DNA of 64,000 nt from assembly GCA_963700635.1 (NCBI GenBank), contig CAVOYH010000001.1:96001-160000 (forward strand), in the 5' to 3' direction. Of this stretch, positions 30,201 through 39,525 are shown one piece after another. Position numbers and translations under genes: made by a program. The notes under the pieces were generated by a model. The model was not told where the DNA came from. It searched no databases and was given only the letters and a program-made list of their open reading frames with translations. Source of the stretch: an uncultured Bacteroidota bacterium (GTDB lineage: Bacteria > Bacteroidota > Ignavibacteria > UBA10030 > UBA6906). The first letter of the stretch is position 1. Every line of letters begins with the position of its first letter.

Positions 30201-30941
30201 TTTGCGGGCGGATTTGTGGTGAATGACGCCGCCGTGGCTGACACCATGAAGATCGTATCAGGCCTGAACTACCTTACCACGTATTTCTGGCGCGTGAATG
30301 CAGACGCGGTGAGCGGAACATCGCCGTACTCGCCGACCAGGCGCTTCACAACAGGTATTCCGGCAGCCTCCGCGCCCGTACTGATTTATCCCTCTGACAT
30401 GGCACGTCAATCTACGGATAGCATGATCTTCATCTGGCGGAAGAGTCAGCCACTTGTTGACAAGTACTGGATTGATCTGGCGGTAGATTCGCTCTTCACG
30501 TTCGTTGTGAACGATCAAAATGTCACTGACACAACCAAGGTATTCAAGAATCTGCTCCCGAACCAGGGATACTTCTGGCGGGTGCGGGCACATAATCCGG
30601 GCGGGTGGGGGCCGTATAGCGTGGTGCGCAAGTTCACGCGTGATATCACGGACGTTGTCACAAGGCCCGAAACACCGACAGAATACCAGCTTTCTCAGAA
30701 CTATCCCAACCCATTCAATCCGGCAACGCAGATAGAATTTGCTGTGCCAAAAGAATCACGCGTCACACTTGAAGTGTATAACCTGCTCGGTCAGCGGGTC
30801 GTCACGCTCGTTGATGAGGTAATGGGCGCGGGATATCACGCGGTGAAATTCGAGGCGTCAGCTCTGCCGAGCGGGCTCTACCTCTATCGTATGGCCGCCG
30901 GCCAAACCAGCTTCATCCGGAAGATGATGTTGGTGAAATAG
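27255..30941 (+). CDS. T9SS cargo: two ConA-like (DUF1349-type) domains, PAP-type Fn3, six Fn3-like repeats, CTD
   Basis: Signal peptide; duplicated SDxF..W...HDLW..PR..Q..QGIVVEQD domain; LSQNYPNPFNP...RKMMLVK. Confidence 0.88.
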   Translation: MERLFQRFHVPLVLVLVYAMALTSTAFSGPTTFTSDAFNSRNLLRPLWSFTDPIGDGSLRMLGYKTESARVQISVPGGSEHDLWTPAYNVPRITQACTNTDFTVEAKFFSGLQGISFQSYQAQGIVVEQDSLNLIRFDFTTGHDVDSVKAFSAVFLNGFSSPSVKINNKHFTGYGVAPLWLRVTRTGNMWKMYYSLNGTTFTLADSFAQALTVTKIGAFAGNAGPNPLPFTADIDYFFNNDSPILPEDGTPVADNLGPMIYNVNAVVKPNAMVIRWKTDEPTDGVIEWGSTASYGNVPVSHGGTYFDHRLIVAGLNSMSEYHFRVKGTDDSLRTNASGDYVVNSGNYVDDVLMVSDDFGGTTVDAGLWTAVNPRGDASFTVAGKKLSIGVAGGISHDVWTDGYYAPRLMQQVKNNADVYEFTAKFTTPLVGSATNVMIQGIVVEQDTNNLLRANFSYDGSNVRIFVAGFYDGLASPDVLANDVLTGATSNLWLRMTQGGGTFRVYYSLNGTVWSFIPSFPRPLNTKKIGVFAGNGGSSPQAFTCSVEYVATTLPARPYLALPLNNAVDIPTPPTMVWDTTASASLYRLQLSTDAGFGTLAYNDSTIATTSKQVAGLLNTTRYYWRVQGKNAVGVGPVSAAFTFVTAIPAPAVPLALAPADNATDVDVAPTIRWTKPAGATSYRLQVATDSLFVTGIVLNDSTLTDTARVVAGLTNLTKYYWRVNAKNAGGTSAYTAKRAFTTISAIPAAPVLLTPPNNAVNQQANVLLRWNRSNGALTYRLQVATDSTFGSGVVFNDSTLADTARAMSALTNSTRYFWRVNAKNAAGTSSYSTVWAFTTIVANPGIPVLLSPADGATNQDLSLKYLWRKVSGATTYRLQVASDSTFATGIVVNDSTITDSTRTVGGLAFNMKYFWRVNSKNIGGTSPYSSVWNFRTFDADPAIPRQIAPAQAATDLTIPVSIVWTRPAGATSFQLQVATDSTFAGGFVVNDAAVADTMKIVSGLNYLTTYFWRVNADAVSGTSPYSPTRRFTTGIPAASAPVLIYPSDMARQSTDSMIFIWRKSQPLVDKYWIDLAVDSLFTFVVNDQNVTDTTKVFKNLLPNQGYFWRVRAHNPGGWGPYSVVRKFTRDITDVVTRPETPTEYQLSQNYPNPFNPATQIEFAVPKESRVTLEVYNLLGQRVVTLVDEVMGAGYHAVKFEASALPSGLYLYRMAAGQTSFIRKMMLVK
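28914..30640 (+). repeat. Six ~95-aa Fn3-like repeats (approximate bounds)
   Basis: P..P.L..P.N.A...W....A..Y.LQVATDS.F....NDST..DT....L.....Y.WRV.A.N..G...S....FTT. Confidence 0.85.
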
Positions 30942-31096
30942 TCTCCGCCGACCGTGGGGGATACACCGTATCCCCCCGCGCCGGATAATGCGCAGATGAC
31001 GGCGTAGACACCCCCCCGATGAGGGGGAGGGATCTGCGCCTTCGTCGCATCTGGGTTTATGGAACTCTGCACACACATTATGGAGCCCGAAACGGT

Positions 31097-34000
31097 ATGA
31101 AATCTGCCATGTTATCCGGCAACTGGCGCATGGTCATTGTCATCGCGCTGACCACATTGACCACAATGTCGGTATTGGGGCAATCACAATTTAAGGGTCC
31201 CGGACCGGGAGATGTGTACCGTGAGTACTCCCGAATCATGAAACCTACGGACGGTGAAGCATGGAGGGTGACCGATCCCAACATCAATCTGTCCGTCTAC
31301 CCTCAAGCGGCGGGATTCCTGCCCAACCCGACGATCACCATTCCGGTGAGCGATCTTCAGGGCGCAACCCGGGCTGAAGCAGTGATCACAATGTGGGGGG
31401 GGCATATCTCCACATACGGAAGGAAAGTCCGATTTAACGGAAACTCCTGGATCACTATTCCTGATATTGATGTCTCAAACGGCATTCCAGCAGGCCATCT
31501 GGGGATCAACTACATTCACCAGGTCATGGTCACCGTTCCGATTCCGCTGGCGCATCTCGGTGAGGGCACCAACACCTTCGAGGGGACGAATACCGGTCAA
31601 CTGGGAGGGCCGGATGGTTATGGGTTTGACTGGGGGCAGCATGGATGGTACGCCATGCTTGTCCGCGTGTACTACGCCGCGGGGAAGACCTACACAACGG
31701 GAAACATCGCTTCACCCGCAGCCGGCGCTACGTTTACAGACAATCCAACCGTTTCGGTCACCGTCAACGGTTCGGCAGACAGAGTGGACGTCCTTGCCTA
31801 TTATGATGGGTATGACACGGATGGCGACGGGATCTACCAGGAATACCACAGCGACTATCATATCCAGCTCACCGATACGCAGATGGAGATGCGCAACCAT
31901 GTGGGGACTGCCACCGGCGCCCCCTTTTCGGTTCCCTGGGATACGAAGTGGGTGCCGGATCAGGCTGCGGGAAGTATCAAACTTCTAGCACGCATCCGCA
32001 ATCCGAACGGCGTCTGGTATGTCACGCCCGAAGTCACCGGCTTGAGTCTCGGGCGGACCGGGAAATCGGTGAGATTATACAAACCGTTTGACACTCCTGA
32101 GCGCGCCTGGGGCCGGGGAGACCTTGATCCGGTGCGCATCAACGTAAATGTTCCGGGCGGAACCAACCTCTCCGATGCCACAGAAGCAGTGTACTTTAAT
32201 CGTACCTGGAACGGGCTGGATAACGTGCGTGAGCCGGGTGAAACACACTACCGCCGTCTGAACTCATGGGATGATCCGTCGGAGTACGGTGGTAATCACT
32301 ATTATTCGTTTGATATCAGATCGGTTCCAACGGGACAACTTCGTACAGGGAACAACGAGTTTTCATTCTACTCCCAAACCGTTGCCCATCATGGTATGGA
32401 AATTCTGTGGCCCGGGCCTGCACTGTCAGTGGCATACTCCGGAAGTTATGCCTCACCCGTGCCGGGCGGGGCAACGCTCGCTTCGCCTGCCAACAATGCT
32501 ACCGGTCAGGCGGTGACGCTGACGCTCCGCTGGCGTCCTGCGCCGGCCGCGACATCGTATGATCTGCAGGTTTCCGCGGATTCCACATTCGGGACGACGG
32601 TGGTTAACCTTAGCGGTGTGGCGGATACGAGTTCGGCGGTTGGTCCATTGTCAAATCTGACCCGATATTTCTGGCGTGTTCGTGGGAGAAATGCCGCAGG
32701 AACAGGAGCGTATTCCGGCTACTGGGCATTTAATACATTTGTTGCCCCTCCTACACTTGCATCGCCGGCGAACAACACTACGAATCAGGCTCCGACAGTT
32801 CCCTTCGTGTGGAGGATGTTGTCAGGTGCGACGTCCTACAGACTTCAAGTGGCGCTGAATGCCGGCTTTACGGTGGGGAACGTCGTAAAAGATACCACGC
32901 TTTCGGATACAACGCTCACACTAAGCGGATTGCAGTATAGCACTCCGTACTTCTGGCGGGTTGCAGCGCAGACCGCCACTGTCTGGGGGGATTACTCCCC
33001 GGCGTGGACATTCACAACAGCGCTTGCACCTGCGGGTATTCCGACGCAGCTCCTGCCGGCCAACAATGCCATTGACCTGCCCGTGGCTCTCACAATCCGA
33101 TGGCGAACTGCGAGTGGCGCTGCCCAGTACCACCTCCAGATGGGAACGGATTCCACGTTTGGATCGGGCATGATTGTTAATGATTCTACGCTCACCGACA
33201 CGGCACGAACGGTGAGTAGTCTCGCCTTCAACCAGCGTTATCACTGGCGGGTACGGGCGAAAAACGCCGGTGGATCCAGTGCATTCTCGCCGGTGTGGCA
33301 TTTCCGGACAGTGATGAGCGTCCCAACGGGTCCGGTTCTTCTGACTCCGCCTTTCGGTGCAATTGAGCAGCCGACTGCTGGGCTCATCTTTTCGTGGCTG
33401 CCGATTCCGGGAGCAACAATCTACACACTACAACTTGCAACTGACTCGACATTTACGTCGGGAATTGTAAAGAACGATACCACCATTACCGATACGACAC
33501 GCTCTATCACAGGCCTTGCGCAGAACACGAGGCACTTCTGGCGTGTTGCGGGGCGTAATGCGGGCGGGCCGGGGCCGTTCTCCTCCACGTGGAATTTTAC
33601 TACGTACATGCCAGTCCCCGGTGCCGTAACGCTGGTGAGTCCGGCCCATCTAGCGGTCATAGGAACGGACAGTGTGCGTTGCCTCTGGAATCCCCCCACA
33701 CCCCAGGCGACGCGGTACTGGTTTGAGGTCTCGGTCGATTCCACGTTTGGAGGATTTACCCTGACTGACTCAACCCTTACCGATACATCCAAGGTGGTGA
33801 AGCCCCTGATCAATAACACCATCTACTACTGGCGGGTCCGTGGCGGAACCGCCACGTCATGGGGTGCATTCTCCTCCAGTCGCCGGTTCTCCGTTCTGGT
33901 GACCTCCGTGGCGAATCCCCGGAGTGTACCCGAGGAATTTGTGTTGCAGCAGAACTATCCGAATCCGTTTAATCCGTCTACGGAGATCAGCTTCGGCATT

Positions 34001-34195
34001 CCAAAGGAAAGCCGTGTGCGCATCGAAGTGTACAATCTGCTCGGACAGCAGGTTGCGACCGTCCTGGACGGCATCCGGTCAGCAGGGTACCATACTGTCA
34101 GATTTGATGCCGGTGCGCTCACGAGCGGAATGTATATGTACCGGTTGACCTCCGGGGAGACATCGTTGTTCCGTAAGATGATGTTTGTGAAATAA
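31097..34195 (+). CDS. T9SS cargo: ~430-aa unrecognised head, five Fn3-like repeats, CTD
   Basis: Signal peptide ending VLG/Q; YFWRV repeats; LQQNYPNPFNP...RKMMFVK. Confidence 0.85.
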   Translation: MKSAMLSGNWRMVIVIALTTLTTMSVLGQSQFKGPGPGDVYREYSRIMKPTDGEAWRVTDPNINLSVYPQAAGFLPNPTITIPVSDLQGATRAEAVITMWGGHISTYGRKVRFNGNSWITIPDIDVSNGIPAGHLGINYIHQVMVTVPIPLAHLGEGTNTFEGTNTGQLGGPDGYGFDWGQHGWYAMLVRVYYAAGKTYTTGNIASPAAGATFTDNPTVSVTVNGSADRVDVLAYYDGYDTDGDGIYQEYHSDYHIQLTDTQMEMRNHVGTATGAPFSVPWDTKWVPDQAAGSIKLLARIRNPNGVWYVTPEVTGLSLGRTGKSVRLYKPFDTPERAWGRGDLDPVRINVNVPGGTNLSDATEAVYFNRTWNGLDNVREPGETHYRRLNSWDDPSEYGGNHYYSFDIRSVPTGQLRTGNNEFSFYSQTVAHHGMEILWPGPALSVAYSGSYASPVPGGATLASPANNATGQAVTLTLRWRPAPAATSYDLQVSADSTFGTTVVNLSGVADTSSAVGPLSNLTRYFWRVRGRNAAGTGAYSGYWAFNTFVAPPTLASPANNTTNQAPTVPFVWRMLSGATSYRLQVALNAGFTVGNVVKDTTLSDTTLTLSGLQYSTPYFWRVAAQTATVWGDYSPAWTFTTALAPAGIPTQLLPANNAIDLPVALTIRWRTASGAAQYHLQMGTDSTFGSGMIVNDSTLTDTARTVSSLAFNQRYHWRVRAKNAGGSSAFSPVWHFRTVMSVPTGPVLLTPPFGAIEQPTAGLIFSWLPIPGATIYTLQLATDSTFTSGIVKNDTTITDTTRSITGLAQNTRHFWRVAGRNAGGPGPFSSTWNFTTYMPVPGAVTLVSPAHLAVIGTDSVRCLWNPPTPQATRYWFEVSVDSTFGGFTLTDSTLTDTSKVVKPLINNTIYYWRVRGGTATSWGAFSSSRRFSVLVTSVANPRSVPEEFVLQQNYPNPFNPSTEISFGIPKESRVRIEVYNLLGQQVATVLDGIRSAGYHTVRFDAGALTSGMYMYRLTSGETSLFRKMMFVK
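32462..33900 (+). repeat. Five Fn3-like repeats (approximate bounds)
   Basis: Same consensus as 28914-30640. Confidence 0.8.
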
Positions 34196-34428
34196 CGGTG
34201 GGTGGAACCCCCGGCCCGGCGGGATGTGCAATCCGGTGAGGCATGGTTGTTGTGAATCATATGCGGTGAAGTGAATACTGCAGCTTGCAATGTGGGGAAC
34301 ATCGTTCCAGTATGAGCCTCTGGATACTGTATTCCACACTGTGAGCTGCAGGCATGTTTACGGGTGCCCATTGCTTCCGACATGAAGGAGAATGTCCCGT
34401 ACCAGTTGGAGGCGGAGGGGGAAACCCC

Positions 34429-34580
34429 GGTCAGATTATCCGGAATCTGGTCAACGTGATGAAGCTTCCCGGGCAGTGAACGTGACGCCGGGCACAGAAC
34501 GAGTGACCGGCGGAACGTACTATTACAGAATCAGAAGTGGCAAGTTTATTGATGCTAAAATGGGTATTTTACTCCGGTAG
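34429..34580 (+). pseudogene. Degenerate T9SS CTD fragment
   Basis: GQIIRNLVN..KLPG in one frame, then GGTYYYRIRSGKFIDAKMGILLR-stop in the next. Confidence 0.55.
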
Positions 34581-34612
34581 ATCACCTATCACACCTGAAA
34601 GGACCGTTTTGT

Positions 34613-37564
34613 ATGCGTCCCAGCAACTGGGTAGTCCGCACGTCAATCCCCGCGTCCCTGGGGATACTGATGGCGACAATTTTTATGGTCACGGTATTGG
34701 TCCCCCGGGCGGATGCCGGCGGACCCTGGTGGAACGATACCTGGAAATACCGTGTGCGACTGACGGTGGGCGCCGCGGGATATGCCAGGTTCGACAAGGT
34801 CGCGGAGGCGCCGGTGAACTTCACCCAATTGCTGACGGCGCTGGGCAAATCCGGTTCGCTTGACCTAAACTCCCTCCGTGTTATCGAGACGAATGCTGCC
34901 GGAACAATTCTCTTTACCTCGGTCCCATTCCAGTTTGACAGGGATGCAGATTTTGATGCCGCTACCAGGGCGTCGGGAACCATGGTTGTCCTTCTGAGCG
35001 GCACAACCACCTCCTCTTCTGAACGATACTTTGATGTGTACTTCACAGTCACAGGGGGGGCGTTTACTCCTCCCGTCTTTGATCAAATCGTCGGGATCGA
35101 GGAGAATGCCTGGGACATGGGGCAGGCAGCCTACCGGATCGACGGCCCCGGCGTTTCCCTCTACTATCAAACTCAGGCCGGGGCGTTCTCCAGCGTGGTA
35201 GATGCGGACTATAATGACTGGGTAGACTGGAACTTTACCGACGGACCGGGTGGAACCTATCGCGGGATACCCAACGCGGTCGTGCCGGAGTCTTTTTTTC
35301 ATCCCGGCGCGCTTAATGCGCTGAGTACCGTAACGTCCAAAGGACCGCTGAAGGTCACGGTCAGGACCAGCACTTCTGATGGAAAGTGGGAAGCACGGTG
35401 GGAGTTCTATTCCCGCTATGCGACCATGACGATGGTGAAAAAGGACCATCCGTTCTGGTTTCTCTACGAGGGGGTGCCCGGCGGCACTCTCGACGGGAGC
35501 GACGATTTTATGCTTCGTGCAAACGGAACAAAGACCCAGCTGTACGAACCCTGGAGTTCGGATCTCTCCGGCGATGAGTGGGTGTACTTCAGCGATCCGG
35601 GAACTCGGCGTTCGTTATTCTTTGCACATCATGATGACGATGCGCTCCTCGAATCGTATTATAACTACAACGACAGCATGACCGTATTCGGATTCGGGCG
35701 TAGTAATGATCCCCTCGAAGCTATGATGTCAACCGTTCCGAATCAGTTTACCTTCGGGTTTATCAATGATACGTCTTTTGTCCGCTGCAGGGATTCCATC
35801 ACATCTGCGTATAAGCTTCTCTCGGTGACCCTTGGAAGTCCGGAAGAGCCCGGTCCCGCCGTACCGGTTCTTCTTCTGCCGAATGACGGCGGAAGCGGTG
35901 CCGCAATACCGGTTCAGTTCCGCTGGCGCGCTGCGGAACGCGCAACGTCTTACCGCCTTCAGGTATCAACGTCAAGCGGCTTTGCCGGGGGGATGGTTTT
36001 TGATGATTCTACGTTGACGGATACGACAGCGAATATCAGCACACTATCCGGGAAAACGCTGTACTACTGGAGAGTCAGCGCAAGGAATTCATCCGGCAGC
36101 AGTGCATACTCATCACCGTGGTCGTTTCAGACCGGTCTGAATGTCCCGGTTCTGCTCACGCCCGCACATGGTGCAACAGGCCGGCAACAACCCCTTCAAC
36201 TCATCTGGTCGTCAGTGAGTGGGGCCCTGGCCTATCATGTCCAGGTGAGCACTGAACCAGGATTCACCTCGGGGCTGATCCTTGACGATGCAGCCGTCGT
36301 TGATACACAGCGTACCATTTCGGGATTGGCCGGCTCGACACTATACTACTGGCGCGCAGCGGCACGTGATGCAGGGGGAGACGGCCCCTACGCGCCGGCG
36401 AGAACATTTACGACAGCTGTGCCTTCGCCCGGACTGATCAGTCCTGCCGACAATGCGTCCGATGTGCCACTCGCGTTGGTGCTCGTGTGGTCCTCCATGC
36501 CTGCCGCCACCTTCTATCATGTCCAGGTGTCCACTGATCCCGATTTCGCCGGTGGCATTGCGCTGGATGACGCATCTGTGACAGACACGAGCCGTCTGGT
36601 GATGGGACTATCGCAGAGCACCCGCTACTACTGGCGGGTGAGCGCGGGTGAGTCGGGAGGGGAAGGTCCGTTCTCCATCGCGCGAACATTCTCGACTGTA
36701 TTCCCCGCGCCTGTGCTCCTGACTCCCAATGCGGGCGCAACGGCGCAACCGGTTAATCTGACATTCCGCTGGAACCGCGTACCCGGCGCAGTACGGTATC
36801 ATTTCCAGCTTGCGACAGACACACTGTTTACCGTTCTTATAAAGAACGACACAACCATCACGGACAGTGTTCGGCTGGTGAACGGGCTGACAAATACCAC
36901 CTGGTACTACTGGCGGGTAAAAGCAAGCAGTGCCACCACATCCGGTCCGTTCTCATTACGGCGGAGCTTCCGGACCATAGGTGTGCTGCCCCCGGCAGTG
37001 ACACTCCTTGACCCTGTGGAAGATTCCAGTTTCCCTCCGGACAGTGTCCGTTGCAGATGGGCGAGTGTACAACCGTCAACCCGCTACTGGTTAGAGCTGG
37101 GCATGGACTCTCTGTTCGCCTTGCGTATCGTTGATTCAACGTTAACGGATACCACGAAGGTGGTTCGCTCGCTCCTTGCGGGAAGGACATACTGGTGGAA
37201 AGTGCGTGGTGGTACTGCTGAAGGATGGGGGCCACTCAGCAGCACCCGGAGATTTACACTGACGGTGACAGGGGTGGTGCGTGATGAATCGCCCGCACCC
37301 GGATCGTATGCGCTGGATCAGAATTTTCCGAATCCGTTTAATCCATCGACAATTATCCCGTTCGCGCTCCCTTCGGCCGGTTTTGTGCGCCTCGAAGTCT
37401 TCACGACCCTGGGTGAGAGCGTTGCCTTGCTTGTAAACGAGCAGTACGCAGCGGGCCATCATGAAGCCCGGTTTACAACCGGAGGCCTGGCCAGCGGGAC
37501 GTACTTCTACCGGTTGAGCGTGAACGGTTTGGTCTTTACAAGACCCATGATACTCCTCCGGTAA
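34613..37564 (+). CDS. T9SS cargo: DUF2341-like N-terminus, beta-rich domain, five Fn3-like repeats, CTD
   Basis: WWNDTWKYRVRLTV..NSLRVIE..YFDVYF; YYWRV repeats; LDQNFPNPFNP...MILLR. Confidence 0.85.
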   Translation: MRPSNWVVRTSIPASLGILMATIFMVTVLVPRADAGGPWWNDTWKYRVRLTVGAAGYARFDKVAEAPVNFTQLLTALGKSGSLDLNSLRVIETNAAGTILFTSVPFQFDRDADFDAATRASGTMVVLLSGTTTSSSERYFDVYFTVTGGAFTPPVFDQIVGIEENAWDMGQAAYRIDGPGVSLYYQTQAGAFSSVVDADYNDWVDWNFTDGPGGTYRGIPNAVVPESFFHPGALNALSTVTSKGPLKVTVRTSTSDGKWEARWEFYSRYATMTMVKKDHPFWFLYEGVPGGTLDGSDDFMLRANGTKTQLYEPWSSDLSGDEWVYFSDPGTRRSLFFAHHDDDALLESYYNYNDSMTVFGFGRSNDPLEAMMSTVPNQFTFGFINDTSFVRCRDSITSAYKLLSVTLGSPEEPGPAVPVLLLPNDGGSGAAIPVQFRWRAAERATSYRLQVSTSSGFAGGMVFDDSTLTDTTANISTLSGKTLYYWRVSARNSSGSSAYSSPWSFQTGLNVPVLLTPAHGATGRQQPLQLIWSSVSGALAYHVQVSTEPGFTSGLILDDAAVVDTQRTISGLAGSTLYYWRAAARDAGGDGPYAPARTFTTAVPSPGLISPADNASDVPLALVLVWSSMPAATFYHVQVSTDPDFAGGIALDDASVTDTSRLVMGLSQSTRYYWRVSAGESGGEGPFSIARTFSTVFPAPVLLTPNAGATAQPVNLTFRWNRVPGAVRYHFQLATDTLFTVLIKNDTTITDSVRLVNGLTNTTWYYWRVKASSATTSGPFSLRRSFRTIGVLPPAVTLLDPVEDSSFPPDSVRCRWASVQPSTRYWLELGMDSLFALRIVDSTLTDTTKVVRSLLAGRTYWWKVRGGTAEGWGPLSSTRRFTLTVTGVVRDESPAPGSYALDQNFPNPFNPSTIIPFALPSAGFVRLEVFTTLGESVALLVNEQYAAGHHEARFTTGGLASGTYFYRLSVNGLVFTRPMILLR
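35855..37265 (+). repeat. Five Fn3-like repeats (approximate bounds)
   Basis: Same consensus as 28914-30640. Confidence 0.8.
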
Positions 37565-37586
37565 CAGAAGAAAAAGGATTTCACGT

Positions 37587-38552
37587 ATGCCACGTGTCAG
37601 TATCGGACTTCCCGTCTATAATGGTGAACAATATCTCGACGAGACATTACGCTCGCTGCTCGCGCAATCGTATCGGGATTTTGAGATTATCATTTCGGAC
37701 AACGGATCAACCGATGACACGCAGGATATCTGCCGGCGTTATGCCGGGCAGGACAACCGGATCCGGTACTACCGTGAGACGGAGAATCAGGGGGCGTCCT
37801 GGAATTATAACCGCGTTGTACACCTGGCAACGGGAGAGTATTTCAAATGGGCGGCGCATGACGACCTGATCACCCCCGACTACCTCGAAAGATGCGTCGC
37901 TGTGCTTGACTCGGACCCCGAGGTTGTGCTATGCTGTACCGACGATCAGGATATCAACGAGGAGGGTCGCCCGGTCGATGCACGGCGACACAGCCACATT
38001 CCGGGCAGCGCACGGGGAAGTGCTCCCCGTGCCTCGCTCCGGTTCCGGCGATTGATCCGGGACGATTATGATTGCGAACAGGTGTTCGGGCTCTTCCGGC
38101 TGGCGGTATTGAGGAAAACGAAGTTGATCCTCAGTTATACCGACTCCGACCGGACGCTTCTGGCGGAAACAGGGCTGTATGGTCGACTATTCGAAATCCC
38201 GGAGCCACTTTTCCTTCACCGCCAGCATCCCGGTTCATCCTGTAAAGCAAACCCGATTACCTCCGGTTGGCATGAACGGGTCAGCTGGTTTGATCCCCGT
38301 CTTTCCGGAAAGGCTCTTTTTTCCCGCTGGAGGCAGATCCGCGAACACCTGGTGGCCATTGCCCGTTCGCCGATCAGTTATACGGAAAAAGCCGCCTGTC
38401 TTTTCTGGCTGATCGTATACCAGCGCGGCCGCATCGTTCCCCTCGTGAGGGAAATTGTCGTCGGCGTTAAGCTTATCCTGTTTCCACCCGCCCCGCCACA
38501 TGCAGCTTTAGCGGGTGCGCCAACGGACAGCGCTGGAGACCGGGATGCCTGA
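37587..38552 (+). CDS. Glycosyltransferase family 2
   Basis: VSIGLPVYNG, ISDNGSTD, YFKWAAHDD. Confidence 0.93.
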   Translation: MPRVSIGLPVYNGEQYLDETLRSLLAQSYRDFEIIISDNGSTDDTQDICRRYAGQDNRIRYYRETENQGASWNYNRVVHLATGEYFKWAAHDDLITPDYLERCVAVLDSDPEVVLCCTDDQDINEEGRPVDARRHSHIPGSARGSAPRASLRFRRLIRDDYDCEQVFGLFRLAVLRKTKLILSYTDSDRTLLAETGLYGRLFEIPEPLFLHRQHPGSSCKANPITSGWHERVSWFDPRLSGKALFSRWRQIREHLVAIARSPISYTEKAACLFWLIVYQRGRIVPLVREIVVGVKLILFPPAPPHAALAGAPTDSAGDRDA

Positions 38553-38580
38553 CATACACGGGCGAGGAATGGTTTAGCGT

Positions 38581-39525
38581 ATGGAGGCAGAGTCAATACG
38601 TTTCAGCATCGTCATCCCCACCTACAACAGGGCGCAGCTCATAGGCAGAGCGGTGGCCTGCGCTCTTCAGCAGACGATACCCTGCCATGAGGTCTTTGTC
38701 GTGGACGATGGCTCCACCGACAACACACTGGAAGTTGTCCGCAATACTGATCTACGCGTAAAGGTGATTCCCCTTGACCACGGAGGGCCTTCGCGCGCCC
38801 GTAACCGTGGGGTGGCGCTCGCTTCAGGCGATTGGATCGCCTTTCTTGATTCGGATGACCTCTGGCACCCTGACTACCTTGAGCGTATGGCCCGTGCGAT
38901 CCGTGAAACCCGGGGGGAAGCCGCCGTCTATTTTTCAGATGTTGAATATGAGCAGGGGAGTTCACGGGTGATGTACTGGTCAGACTGCAAGTTTTCCTCC
39001 GGACGCCCGGTGAAACTTTATCGTGATGCGTCCTCTCTTGCGATGATGGGCACGCACCCTATGGTGATTCCGTTCAGCATCTTCCGGAAAGAAGCATATC
39101 TCCGCCACGGAGGACTCTGGGAGGAGCTCTGGTCGGCCGAAGACACACACCTGTTCATCAAGATGGGGCTGCGGGAGTCGTTCTGTGCCGTGGCCGGGTC
39201 GGGAGGGGTGGTGACTGCGGACGAACGGGATCCGGAAAACAGGCTTACAGTGGCCTTCGATACGGGGACGATCAAACGATGGCGAGGGATGGTGAAAATG
39301 TACAGGGATCTTCTTGAGCGCACCCCGACGCTCTCCATCCCACAGCGAGCAGAACTTCGCAATCGCCTCGCCCACAGCTACTGGCGCATCTCACGCCTTT
39401 CTTGGCTGGAGGGAAAATACATTGACGCACTCGATGGGTTTGTCGCTTCTCTCCGCATCGACCCCCGTGTTATTCCCGGAGCATTCCGCAGGACGATCAT
39501 GCGTCCCGCGGGCCTGAAGAACTAG
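38581..39525 (+). CDS. Glycosyltransferase family 2
   Basis: SIVIPTYNR, VDDGSTD, ARNRG, AFLDSDD, AED. Confidence 0.93.
   Translation: MEAESIRFSIVIPTYNRAQLIGRAVACALQQTIPCHEVFVVDDGSTDNTLEVVRNTDLRVKVIPLDHGGPSRARNRGVALASGDWIAFLDSDDLWHPDYLERMARAIRETRGEAAVYFSDVEYEQGSSRVMYWSDCKFSSGRPVKLYRDASSLAMMGTHPMVIPFSIFRKEAYLRHGGLWEELWSAEDTHLFIKMGLRESFCAVAGSGGVVTADERDPENRLTVAFDTGTIKRWRGMVKMYRDLLERTPTLSIPQRAELRNRLAHSYWRISRLSWLEGKYIDALDGFVASLRIDPRVIPGAFRRTIMRPAGLKN

Noticed and set aside
28914-37265. Periodic DNA similarity as a CRISPR array or DGR repeats
   Set aside because: Period is ~285 nt, in frame and degenerate at third positions; no cas or reverse transcriptase genes
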